From NCBI GenBank assembly GCA_012026655.1, contig JAAILG010001454.1, positions 1-64,000 on the forward strand: a stretch of 64,000 nt of DNA, written 5' to 3'. The stretch is from Hydrolagus affinis. Lineage: Eukaryota. How positions within the stretch are numbered: the stretch's first letter is position 1; each line of letters opens with the position of its first letter. Made by a program: the position numbers and the translations under genes. Below the pieces are notes generated by a model. That model saw nothing but the letters and a program-made list of their open reading frames with translations, did no database searches and was not told where the DNA came from. Below are positions 49,790 to 61,898 of this stretch, one piece after another.

Positions 49790-50760
49790 ACAGAGGTAAA
49801 AAGATGTGAAACTAATACTTTTAAAAAAAAATTACAAAAAAAATTGTAGTTGTGGGGTTGGATCTGAGAGTGGGTATAGGATGGAGGTAGAAGGGAGGGA
49901 GGGAGGCAGGGAAGGGAGGAAGGAGTGAATGAAGGAAAGGAGGGTTTGCTTGGTTGGTTGGGTGGGTGGGTTGTTGGGTTGTTGTCTGCAAAGTGTCAGA
50001 TCGAGAGCAATTGCCTCGGTGTTGAGACTAGACAAGACAAGACAAGACAGCTGCCTTCTCTGCTCCCTTCCTCCCCAGCAATCTGACACTCAATGACGCG
50101 AGAGAGAGAGAAAGAAAGAGAGAGAGAGAGAGAGAGCGTCTGTCTGCACGTTGGGTTTCAGGAGCAAACAAAAAAAAAGGCATCAGTGGGAATAACAACC
50201 AGCAACGCCCCTCTTCTCACCCCACCCTTACTCACTCCCCCCTCCATTCACACCCCAACCCAACCCACAGCCACCCTGCTCCTCTGCTGTCCCTCTCAAA
50301 TCTCTCCTCTACCCTCTCTTCTCCACCCTCTTAACCTATTTTTTTCCACCATCATCCCCCACCCCACCCACANNNNNNNNNNNNNNNNNNNNNNNNNNNN
50401 NNNNNNNNNNNNNNNNNNNNNNNNNNNNNNNNNNNNNNNNNNNNNNNNNNNNNNNNNNNNNNNNNNNNNNNNCTCCCTACGCAGACACACACATGCTTGT
50501 TCAAGGTCACAATTCACAGAGGTGATTACATACATACCCTTTCCTCAACCCCCCCACCCACTCCCCGCCACCATCCCCCACCTCTCCTCCCCATCGATAA
50601 ACTGTTAGCAAAATTGTCCTGATGATTTCCCTTTGAGTCTCTCCCGTTGCATTTTCAATTGCGAGCACTGCGCATGTTGGCCGCTGCTGTGTCTGGTTGC
50701 TTGCAGCAGCTGCCACTGCATCGCATTAACCCTGTGACCATTGAAAAGGGGGTCCTTGTC
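49790..50760 (-). promoter_or_regulatory. Probable CD99L2 5' / promoter region
   Basis: Immediately upstream of the ATG exon; GA repeats, TGACG half-CRE at about 50094, partial NRF1-like TGCGCATG at about 50669, G/C-run-rich DNA and an assembly gap. TSS not locatable from sequence. Confidence 0.4.
50373..50472. other. Assembly gap (100 N)
   Basis: Run of exactly 100 N in C-rich low-complexity DNA. Confidence 1.
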
Positions 50761-50894
50761 ATTGTCTCCCCCTTCTTCCCTCGACAGTTATGGAAGGCAC
50801 AATAGCGACAACAGCTTGGATTTATATAGCACCCTCTTCGCCGTACGTGTATTGAAGCGGGTAATAATTTTTTTTCCCCGAATAAAATCAACAA

Positions 50895-51087
50895 ACGAAG
50901 AAATAAATAATGATTGGATCACTCGATCCACACACGGTTTGTGTGGGGCACCGCCTCGCACAATTGGCTGCCGCGTTTCACCCACGTAACACACAGTCAC
51001 TTCGCTTTGTAGTATTTTTTTGTGAAGCGCTTTGAGACGTGGCGAAAACATGATAAGGCTCTACATCCAATGGAAGGATTACTATTT
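50895..51087 (+). mobile_element. Diverged SINE, 3' half
   Basis: gcacaattggctgccgcgtttc...gtgaagcgctttgagacgt...ggaaggattact. Confidence 0.75.
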
Positions 51088-52101
51088 TTATATGATACAG
51101 TCACCAGACCCAGCAATCCCGATAACCTGGATTGCTGAGTTAAAACCTGATACTGGAGATATAACCTTATATCTACAGGTTATCCACAAAATCCTGTTAG
51201 CCCAATTTTCTCTCTCTCTATCTCTCTCTCTTTCCCTCTCTCTGGTTGAAGAGTATTCACCAACAACTGAAAAATGTAGAAGAATGATAATGATTGTATT
51301 GAGAAGCACAGCGCTTAATTGTATTCAATGCAGGGCTGGTGGGGTGGGTGGTGGGGTGGGGTGGGTGGTGGGGGGGCGGGGGGAGGGGTGGTAACAGGAC
51401 ATTGAGTACAACAACAGCAACTTGCATTTATATAATGCCCTTCACGCAGGGTAGCGTCCCTGAGCGCTTCACAGTGGCAGAGTCTGACGAGGAGCCAACA
51501 GCAGGTCCCAGTTGAGAAGTCTGCCATATGTCTTGTCTGCTCTCTCTCGCCAGCTCAATGACAATTAGCTCGCTCGTGAAGGTACAGCCCGAGGCCTCCT
51601 GTCGAAAAATGAATGGGAGGGGGATGAACAGACATCTATCCCTCTGCTTTGTCTCCTGCCCAAGTGGGAAGGGGTCCAGTGTTAACCCTTTTGTGAATGA
51701 AAGCCGTGACAGTGTACCAAATTGCTTCCAACCAAACGAGGCACAAAGCCAAGTTGTTCCCCAGTGTATTGTAATAATTAGCACAGCTTCATCCAGTCAA
51801 ATCTGTTTCTTTTTGGTGGCCAGTGGCTGTGCAGTTACTGAGTAAATGATCTGAGTGCCCCCGGCACCTACTTATCACCTGATTCTCCGTATATTCACAG
51901 GGCAGTGACCCTTGAGCGAATGCGAGCTGATTACTTGCATTTTATCTCCTGACCTGAGTCACGGGAATGGGCAGGAATGGCCCACTGTGCCTAGTCGAGC
52001 CTTCCCAATGTTAAAATCTACAGGGAGAAGAGTTGCGGGCTTCTATTGTCGGGGAATGCAACATTAGATTGATACGAATTGGCTTATTTTTGTATAACAG
52101 A

Positions 52102-52205
52102 AATAATCCTTGCATTTGATATCGCGCTTTTCACATCTTCTAGACACCTCAAAGCGCTTCACAGAATATACTGTAAAGGGAATCGACTGTATATTTGCGG
52201 GCGAA
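52102..52205 (-). mobile_element. Young SINE, 3' fragment
   Basis: Family tail in reverse. Confidence 0.85.
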
Positions 52206-54131
52206 TATTTTACTTTAACTCCACAGAGGAAGGAGGGTTACATATATAGGTCCACGGGTGAATTGAAAGATTAGGAAGGGGATCGTGAACTAGATCTACC
52301 AAGCGGGCAGATGGAAAGCCAGTGTTGCCGGGCCTTACCGCACACACAATGGAGACATACAAGGATGATGTTGAAACGTAAACTTGAGCAATGACAAACC
52401 TGCCAGATTTTACGTTGCATCTCTCTGTGTTCGCATCACAAACGACGCGACAAAAACAAGAAAAGGATCGACAGATCAAGCAAGTTACACAACCAAGTAA
52501 CTGCACAGAAACAAGAACAAAAGGGGAAGCATAGTAAATAGCTATCACCACCCACCCATCACCCACCCACTTCCAAAACAACAATGATTGGAACTTTTAT
52601 TCATCGAAAATATTCTTTCTCTTTGGCTAGGAGTGATTTATCTCCAAAAATCTGCAGAAGCTGAAAAGAAAATGTAAGATTTCTGACTTTATTTGAATTA
52701 CAAGTACAGATAAGAGCAAAATCTGCACACTGTACTTAATATGTATTCACACTATATATGGAAAAACAAACCATTTAGGACAGAATTCAGATTGAATTTT
52801 CTTTTACTCGCATTTTAGTCTTTCAATTCAATTTTTCAGGGTTGTCAGTAATCTAACCTCACGTGACCTTCTACCCAGACTTTCCAAGTAGATACTTCTC
52901 TCCTGTGAGCTTGGAATCTGTGACTATGCAAATCCACATTAACAAGATGTTAATCATTAGCTCCTGTACCAATTATTTCTGTGCACTGGACTGGATTTTA
53001 CATATCGCACAATCACATTTCAAAACATTGACAGCTAATATTTAACGATTTTAAAAAACCTGTACAGTATATACACTAAACTTTATTTACAGTGGAAAAT
53101 ACATGAAATCACAGGTAAAATGTGAGTGAGATTAAACGCCTCAGTCCTTTTAAATCATCTACAGTTTTTAGTTTACCAATGCCCATTTGACAGAGGACAG
53201 CTTTACCTATGCCTGTCTTTTCACTGTAAGCACGCAGACCATTCACATCACTCCCTTTGCTGCACGAACCTTGCACTCGTAGATAGAGCTTCTCTGAATA
53301 GTTAACAAGCAGAATCCAACTGTCATTCTGAAAATGAGATCTTTCTATACCAAAAGAGAGTCCAAACGTTATTTTTTTTTTTAACTCTGTGCATATCCCA
53401 TAGAATCCCGCGTTTTGAGACGTCTCAATGACATGATAAGGTGCTCTATCAAATGCAAGGATCATTCATTATTATTCTAAATCAGACACTATCTTTTGTC
53501 CAAAACTGTAATCCTGAAAATCACCATATAAGCGCCACCGCCACGTTTGTCAGACGTCATGTCCATTGTTTACGGCTCTGCGTTTGTTTTTCAAGGCAAT
53601 TTAATTCATCAATTACAATTCAATTTACTTCAGACTTACTAGCACCTCGTTGAGGGTTATTCAGTACTGGATCCCCAGTGCAATGATTCAATGTGCACCT
53701 TCACTGTGCTCGGAATCTCTCTTCGGAAGCACAGATCTCAAGGTTCACTGCATCTATTGAACGCAGTAGGATAATGCCCTTTGATCTTAGATGAACAAAA
53801 AAAGGCATCTGCCTGATGCAAGGACATGATAACCTTGACTGGTCACAGTGATTTATTTGCAAATATGTCTGGTACTTTGGCTTTAATTGAATTACATGAA
53901 AGCAACATTAGAATTCAAATAATTGTTAATTGTCTGTCCGTCCACCCCCCGCCCCTCCTCCCCAACTTCCAATAAAAAACCTCCAGACAATTTTTATTCA
54001 GCTGGAGCAGTACACAGGACAGTCTCAGTTGGAGGCATTGTCACTGAACGCAAAAGCCACTCTGTTTTGGCGCACGGACTCAAAACTCGGAGACATGGCC
54101 AGGATGGCAAAACATTGTTTGGTGCTTCAGT

Positions 54132-54358
54132 AATAATAATAATCCTTGCATTTGAAATAGCACCTCATCATGGTGTCAAGATGTTTCAAAGCACTTCATA
54201 GGAATTTTGGTAAAGTGTAGTGGCTGTATTTTTAGGCTAACGTGACAGGCAATTTTGCACACAGCAATGTTCCACGAACAGCCACGAGGTGAACAGTCAA
54301 TTTTATCCGGAGGATTGTTGGCCAGGCCTTCCCTTTCCAAATAGAGCCGTGGGAGTTG
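54132..54358 (-). mobile_element. Older Deu-type SINE, 3' half
   Basis: Tail plus gcaattttgcacacagca...acagccacgaggtgaacag...tgttggccagg...ccaaatagagccgtggga, colinear with 24901-25130. Confidence 0.65.
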
Positions 54359-54382
54359 TAGTATTATAGCTGTAGTGCAGTT

Positions 54383-54708
54383 ATAATAATATAATAATAA
54401 TCCTTGCATTTTATATAGCGCTTTTCACACCTTATTGACGTCTCAAAGCGCTTCACAGAATATATGGTAAAGTGAATTGCCGGTATATTTGTGGGCGAAA
54501 CGCGGCATCCAATTGCGCACAGCAGTGTTCCACAAATAATTGTTTGAAATGACCAATTTTTATTATTGTGTTTTTTTTTTGGACGGATTATTATTAGGTG
54601 TGTGGAGAAAGGAATCTTGCCCAAGGTTTGGCCCTGATCTACCTGGATTCGAATACAGGTCTCACGCTTGTAAGGCAAGTGCTCTAACGACTGAGCTACA
54701 GGAGCTCC
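54383..54708 (-). mobile_element. Full-length young tRNA-derived SINE
   Basis: Minus strand ggagctcctgtagctcagtcgttagagcacttgccttacaagcgtgagacctgtattcgaatcc ... (TAT)n. Confidence 0.92.
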
Positions 54709-56503
54709 AAATGCCCTTCAACCTCCTAGAGGCTGGTTACAGAACCTCATGGTTTTCTCAGTGAGAATTCAGAAGAGGTTTGTTTCGATGGATAGGAGGG
54801 TGGTGGGGAGTTGGGGGGTGGCGGGGAGGGGGAGTCATGGAGAGATTAAGAGGTGAGGATTATCTTCTGCAATGCATAATTCTCATAGACTCTAAACAAC
54901 AACAAAATTACATTTATAGAGCTCCTTTCATGTCGGGAGGATAAGTGGATCAGAATGACATCAGCAAAGCATAGCAGATGCAACACTGGTGTCAATTCCT
55001 CCGAACGTGAAAGACGCTGTACATATGTAACCTTGCTGTTGCTGTTGTTATTACTATTTGGTTTTTGACCGGTTAAACTCCAGCAGTAACTCAACTCCCA
55101 CCCCGAGCAGTTCCCAAGCCTTGACGCTGGCCAGTCTGCCGCGAATACTCCGTAGAATTAGGTAAGCTGGGTGAGCCTATCCCTCCGGGGAGAGAGCGCA
55201 CAATCTATTGCAGACACAGGGAAAGTATGAGCTATTTTATACTCTGTCTGGTTCCAATTACTTTTAAGCCTCGTGATGGGTTCCACATTCACTGGCCAAA
55301 CAAAGAAAGGTAATAATTACGAGGAGGCAGATGGCTTTTAAATTTCCTCTCTCTACAGGTCACTGGTGCCACAGCTAATGGAGGCAGGGCCGAGATGGTC
55401 AACATCTGGCCCATCAGGGATTCTTTCGTCCTGCTGTTGAAATGAGCTTTCTGACTAACGGAAACTGAGCCAAAAACATACATTTAAGACCAACATTTCG
55501 GCCCACGGTAGAACACTCATTCCCTGGCAGAATCGAGACGAGAGATTTGTAGTGGATACAACGGTTTCTTTTCCAAAACGTGCAAAAGAATAAACGGAGC
55601 TGTAGTGAAAGACATATTTTAAGTACAATTAAATGTGTCACTGCCCCCAAGAGATACAGTAATAGAATACATGTGCTCATGAGAACAGTATATACAGTTA
55701 CACAGCTTTTACCTTTTGTGCTTGCAGTCACACTCTATCACATTCCTCCAGCAACATATAAAATTCAAAGTAGTGAAGACCTATACATTGCAATTTGCAC
55801 AGCCATGTCACGGAGAGCTACTAGGACTATTAAGCAGTGGAAAGCTGGAGGAAAATTGCACATCAGCCGGTACTGAACACTCCCGCCCTATTTTTCAGCT
55901 TGTGATTCAAACAAAGAAAGCAACATTACTGGCAAGCCGAATCACTCCAAATTCACAAAATAAATTTAGTGATTTTGCGCCAAGGCTTCCTTCAGATGAC
56001 TAGAAATACAATTTCGGTGAGGCTCTGACCAGTGCACAACTGGATTCAGTAAGTTGAAGGGAGTGTCCTGATGCAGGTGAAGATTGCATTGTTCAAAATT
56101 AATCAGCTCGCCATTTGTGAGTTAGAATCTACAGCACCATCTACTGATTCTCCATTAAGTAAGCCATCAGCAGTGCAAAGCTGTAATACAGTGAGATTTT
56201 TATATTAACTCCGACATTGCCAATATCTCCAAAGCACAACTGTTTACATAATTTTCTAATCCATCGTGTTTCATCAGTATGTTTCTCATCAAAACCCACT
56301 GGGCTTTCTGGTTTTGTAATGATATCAGGACAGGTTTACTGGTTACAGTATAATTTTAAGGATAACCTCCACACAAGGTGGCAGATTCACCTCGGAGATT
56401 TATTCAGGATCTGTGAAGAACAACATCTGTGAAATTTAGAAACTCTGCAATAGTTCTGCATCAGCAACTGAATATAAATGCAAGTTGTGTGCAATTGTCT
56501 GCA

Positions 56504-56620
56504 GCGTTTCGCCCACAAATATACAGTCAATTCACTTTACAGCATATTCTGTGAAGTGCTTTGAAACATCTAGAAGACGTGATAAGGCCCTATATCAAAT
56601 GCAAGGATTATTTTTATTAG
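56504..56620 (+). mobile_element. Young SINE, 3' fragment
   Basis: gcgtttcgcccacaaatatacagtcaattcactttacag ... tgcaaggatta. Confidence 0.85.
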
Positions 56621-58185
56621 TAGTAGTATTAAGTTGAAAGTAAGGGACACAAAATTTACATTACCATTTGCTGAAGCTAGATTTAAAACGCAGTAATTCT
56701 ACCAACCAGAAAAGGGTTTGCTTAAGTTTGTTGTGGCAGTGACGGGGCAAAATTGTGGCTTTGTTTCAATGAAGACAAAATGGCTGGATGCTCTTCACAA
56801 CCAAATAACCTCTCGATAGGTACCAGTGGTGAGGAGCTGGATGACCAGTGCCGCTTATTAAATGTCCCCCAGAATGGGTTTCAGCTTCCAGAAAAGGAGG
56901 AATAATTGGAGAATGTACAAACATCTAAAAGGCTCTATTACATTTCAGGACCCTATTTTTGGGGGTGTTTGGTTCTTTTCCCTTCAATTGTGGTCGGTTG
57001 CTCTGCTTACCAGCTAACTATCATGAGACATTGACTACCTGTTAGAAACATAGACCGATTTGGCCAATCATGTCCATGCTACTGATTTGCTGAATCACCT
57101 GTGGGTTTTAAAAAAGAATAAAGGATATTGCCCCATCTCCGCACATCACTCAGTATATACTGCTCGAGTGCTTATCTCAGTCCTTTTGAAATATTGGTAT
57201 TGATTTTGTCTCAATGGCCACTTACTTGCAGTAATGAATTCCGTCTACTGCTCTTGGAAATTGACCAATGCTGTTCAGCAACTGGCTGCTAGAAAGTCAG
57301 TGACCTCCAGTATTTCCAGAGTGACATAACTGGATTTTACCTAGTGACCTACATCTGTCCTCTGGTGTGTTTTTTTTGTCTGTTCTGGGTTTAGATATTC
57401 CAACCCACACATAATAATACTCCAATAGCAATTGCTTCTGTGGGCAGCAGCACGAGGCCTCAGCAAGCCTGCACTTTCAAAGTAGAAACAAAAATATCCA
57501 CGTGGCTCTTATTCTAGGTTTGAAGGGCCTTGTTGTTTGACTAGAGCTTAATTCCTCAACCAGTTCAGCAACATTCCCCAGCAATGCTGCCCTTTGGACT
57601 CATTGCCTTTTCCCTTGTGTAAAAGCATTGGTGTTATATGTAAAGCAGAGCCTGGGCTTTTATGCTGAAGTGACCATAAATAAGAAGAGAACTTGTTGTG
57701 TGGCTGATTGGAATTCTTAGAGCATCGCAGGAATTGCTTGTAATTGGGGAAATATGGAGTGTTAATACACGCTCAAATTCGAGCATCTGAAGGTATAGTT
57801 TTAGTTCAATTTTGAACCAGGTCCAAGCAATTATCCCAATTAAGATCCATACTGAATAAAGCAACGATTTAATTGCGGATGCGTGACTGCTGCTTTGTGC
57901 AGTATATTTATTATCATTAACCAATGACTTTCACCAATTCAGTGAACTGCTTATCTCCTAATTCATAGCATCCATTCTTTGTGTAAAAGCCCCATCCATT
58001 TATGTCTGATCATATTTCTAACTTGCTACCTGATAGCACTTCCTCGTTTTAACACTTGTAGCATTTGTGTAACTAATTCCTTTCATTGGTATATTGACAT
58101 CCAAGCCAATAGTTCACATTTATTAACACACGTGGTTCTTTCTTAAAGTTTCAGACTTGCCTTGCTTGACAATCTTTTAAGAAAT

Positions 58186-58292
58186 GTTTCGCCCACGATA
58201 TACAGTCAATTCACTTTACAGTATATTCTGCAAAGCACTATGTGATGTCTTGAAGACATGCTGAGGCTTTACATCAAATGCTGGATCATTAT
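58186..58292 (+). mobile_element. SINE 3' fragment
   Basis: gtttcgcccacgatatacagtcaattcactttacagtatattctg. Confidence 0.8.
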
Positions 58293-59225
58293 TGTTCTGT
58301 TATACCTTTTCTTTATTTACTTGACTCAAAGATTGCTCTATTTTTTTTAAGCTGTAGGAAACTCTGACAGGGTAATAAGACAACCTGAAGCTGAGTTGTT
58401 CTGCTTTGTAAACAGCACAAACTAATGCTGACGTTTATGTACGTTGTTCTAAGCTTGGTCGTGCTGATGTAGAGAAGAATAACCTTTTATTTCTCATTGT
58501 ACATCTTTGGTTCAGTGTTGACACTTGCAGCTGTGCGTAACATTTCTGAAGATCTTAGCTGACTTCCTGTTTCTCTTACCATCTTGCTTCTTTTACCTTT
58601 TATCCACACCAATCTGCAGATTCGCATTGTGTTGTTCTCTAAAAGGGTCGAATAAAATTCTTATATACCTTTTCATTGCAGTCCACCCACGCTTCTTAGA
58701 TTTGTGACAAGATGTACCAGATTCTGTGGTACGAGTATGCAAATCACTAGGGCACGTCCAAATTAAATCCAGCAAGATGAAATACTCTGTTTAATTATCT
58801 TCTAATTGCAATAACTTTCATCATTCTGTACATTTTGTGCTGTTATCACATGCACATTCACCCTGCATCTCAGAGTATTGATGCATCAGATCCTCATTCT
58901 AACACGAGCGAGTGGGAGACACGCAAATTACAGTTTATAACTGTAGTTTTAAACATCTATTTAAAAGCCCTTATTATTTTTAATGACGCTTTAATTTGCT
59001 TACAGCAACACTTCTGAATGCTCTATCTGCCCGGTGATTGGATTGGTTTTAAAGGAGCTCTTGTCTGCACTTCCCAAAAAGTGTTATGGCGATTTGAAGG
59101 ACAGGCATATTGGGCCTCAGTTTAGTGCCTCATCTGAAAAATGGCATTTTAGACAATGGAGTGCTCCATTGCTATTGTAATGCAGTGTCAGCCTAGATTC
59201 TGAGCTCAAGTCCTGATATGAGGCA

Positions 59226-59513
59226 TAATAATAATAATAATCCTTGCATTTTGGTATAACGCTTTTCAGACGTCTTCTAGACGGCTCAAAGCGCTTCACA
59301 GAATATCCTGTAAAGTGAATTGACTGTGTATTTGTGGGCGAAACGCGACAGCCGTGTCCCACAAACAGTAAATTGAAAATGACCAATTTATTATAGATTT
59401 TTTGGGGGGGAACGGATTAGTATTAGGCGTGTGGAGTAAGGAAACTTGCCCAAGGTTTGGCCCTGACCTGCCTGGATTCGAACACTGGTCTCACACTTGT
59501 AAGGCAAGTGTTC
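59226..59513 (-). mobile_element. Young SINE, nearly full length, nested in an older Deu-type SINE (about 59055-59560)
   Basis: Family body with ggattcgaac B box; flanks resemble consecutive parts of the older Deu element. Confidence 0.88.
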
Positions 59514-59893
59514 TTCCCTCTGACCCTGGCTTCTACTACTACCTTAGCTAAACTTGACACCAGGGCTAGACCTGAGCACAAGAGAAAATATCCAGCCACT
59601 CGTATGTCTATACTCTATCGCCTCCAACGTCCGAAGGAGACCCTGTATATTTACTCTACTCCATCAGGTGAGAAGGGGTTTGGAGAAATCGTTGAACCCT
59701 ATGACTGACATGGGAACGTTAGTTAATAATGACTAACCACTTATTCCCCTCCAATAAAACAGATTATAGAGCAACTCATTTTTTGTCACATTCAACAGAT
59801 GATACAATATATATTTTTTTCTTTCCCCCCACAACTGAAGTGAAATGCGAGTTCTAGAACATACATTATGAACCTCCCAAAAAAATAAACGGA

Positions 59894-60513
59894 TGACGGA
59901 AGTCTCTGGTTCAAGAATACCCTGTTGTCACACCTACAAGACCCCGATCTTTAATGAAACGCTCAAGGAACCAAGGCCCAGCAGCGTGGAAAGACACGGA
60001 GAACGAGCCAAAGGTCAAACCGTTGAGAGCTTAAATATTAAGCAATGGAAACCAAAACAAGAGGGAACGCAAATCCCAGGCGAGGAGTTCTGCCTCTGTG
60101 ATGGTTGGTGCAACTCAGGTTAGGGTGAGTTCCAGCAAAAAGCAAAACCACATTGATGTGGTAAGATGATGGATCACTGCGGCCAGCAGCCGCTGATCAC
60201 TGAGGCCGGTGAAAAAGTATAGTTAAGAAGTAGAGTTTTGGGGAAAAAAAATAGGTTAGGATAGGAACGGGACACAATCACAGCAACTGTCAAAAGAGCA
60301 CAGCTACTTTCTCCTCCGGATTGCTTCCTTCCTCTTTCGAGGAGTTTGACTCACTTTTGTTTGTGGTAGTGTACAGTTCTCTCTTTCTCCAGTAACTCGC
60401 CCAAGTAGATATTTGTGTGCGAGCCTTGACAATGAGCATGGTTGGTTTATTGGACTCTGGGAGATCATCACAACCAAACCTGATCCCGTTCTCACTTGAC
60501 ATCTACACTTCCT
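59894..60513 (-). mobile_element. Candidate solo LTR (retroviral/LTR-retrotransposon)
   Basis: Imperfect terminal inverted repeats (tgacggaagt ... acttcct), CGGA on both flanks (59890-59893, 60514-60517), minus-strand TATTTAA at about 60031-60037 and ATTAAA at 59950-59955, ending ...TCCGTCA. Confidence 0.55.
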
Positions 60514-60525
60514 CGGAAAAGATTT

Positions 60526-60635
60526 AATAATAATAATGATAATAATCCTCGCATGTGATATAGTGCCTCATCACGTCGTCGACAGTTCTCAAATGCTTCA
60601 TAGAAATATACCGTAGAGTGTCGTGACTGTATGTT
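60526..60635 (-). mobile_element. Diverged SINE 3' fragment
   Basis: (AAT)n then aatcctcgcatgtgatatag...tctcaaatgcttcatagaa. Confidence 0.7.
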
Positions 60636-61558
60636 CTTAACGAGCGAAGAGTCAAGCAAATTGATCGGAATAATAATCAGAATAATTTGTTCTTATGAAT
60701 TGCAAAGGAACCGTCATACAAATTGCAAAGGTTTTAATGGCACGAAAAGATGGGAAGATTTTCCTTGAAAAGGCGAGTGCATCATCAATAATTGTTCTTT
60801 GAGCTCACAGCCAAGAAAATATCCAGCCACTCATATGTCTATACTCTATCGCCTCCAACGTCCGAAGGAGACCATGTATATTTATGGTGCAAAATTGCCT
60901 TCAGACTTTGTAGTAACCGATTAGATTGAAATAAATAAGACTCGCAGGCACAGGGATAATTCATTTTAAAATTTAAAATATCGAACCTCAAAAGACGCAT
61001 GCCTGCGTTTTTAATTATAATATTTAAAAATGACTGAGGAGGAGGGAGTCCTGAGCACATTAATTAAAGGCGATCCTGATACTGGAGGTCAAGTGAATAC
61101 TGGAATACATGTAAAGATGATATCACAACTTGTTGACATTGCTTTATATGGTGTGTAGATTGTTTCGGCAGGTAAATAGCCTTAAAATTCAACAATGGTT
61201 CAGAGATATCACCAGCACTTTTTTTTCCTGGTCAGCTGAGTGTCTGACACATGTAGAAACCCGTCTACTCTACTTCAGCATATCCAAACCAGGCAAAGTT
61301 ACACACATTTATTTATGCTACTGCTACATGGTAATTTTTCCTGTGTCTGAAATGAACCAGTATCTCTTGTAGTATTTCTTACACAGCACAATCAGCGCAC
61401 CACAAGCCTTTGATCACCGTAGTTCACTGTGAAGCTTAATCTTGCGATGAGCAACACTGCAGTTAAACCACGAAACCTGCCCAATAATGGCCAGGGACCG
61501 TGCTCAGTGTTTTGCTTTACCTGCAGTATTTAACAACATCAACAACTTGCATTTATAT

Positions 61559-61898
61559 GGAGCTCCTGCAGCTCAGTGGTTAGAGCACCTGCCTTACAAG
61601 CGTGAGAACGGTGTTCGAATCCAGGCAGGTCAGGGCGAAACCTTTTTTGGCAAGTTTCCCTACTCCACAAGCCTAATAATAATCCCTCCAAAAAACTCCA
61701 CAGTAATAAAATTGGTCATTTCAATCCACAGTTGTTTGTGGGACACTGCTTTGCACTATTGTCTGCTGCGTTTCGCCCACAAATGTACACTCAATTCTCT
61801 TTATAGTATATTCTGTGAAGCGTTTTGAAATGTTGATAAGATGTGAAAAGCGCTATATCAAAATGGAAGGATTATTATTATTATTATTTTATTATTAT
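61559..61898 (+). mobile_element. Full-length young tRNA-derived SINE inserted into an L2 tail
   Basis: A box cagctcagtgg, B box gttcgaatcc, body, (TAT)n; flanks rejoin as acaacttgcatttatat|agcgcccttcac with TTATAT duplicated. Confidence 0.93.

Noticed and set aside
50093-50608. 171-aa Pro/Thr-rich ORF
   Set aside because: Made of microsatellite, C-rich low-complexity DNA and 100 N; an artefact.
60290-60502. Minus-strand ORFs (70 aa and 63 aa) as possible gag remnants
   Set aside because: No recognisable gag/pol/env motif; they lie within the putative U3 region and are short enough to be chance.
61559-61635. tRNA-Val(TAC)-like gene (A box, cttacaa loop, B box gttcgaatcc); similar heads at 39339, 40780 and 54708
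   Set aside because: It is the head of a dispersed SINE: it runs straight into the repeat body, copies vary in the anticodon arm, and there is no clean acceptor stem or poly-T terminator.
26073-61828. Recurring short ORFs containing VYSVKRFETSRR / FAHKYTVNSLYSIFCEAL / KLVISIHDCLWDT
   Set aside because: These are translations of the same non-coding SINE in different frames, not a protein family.
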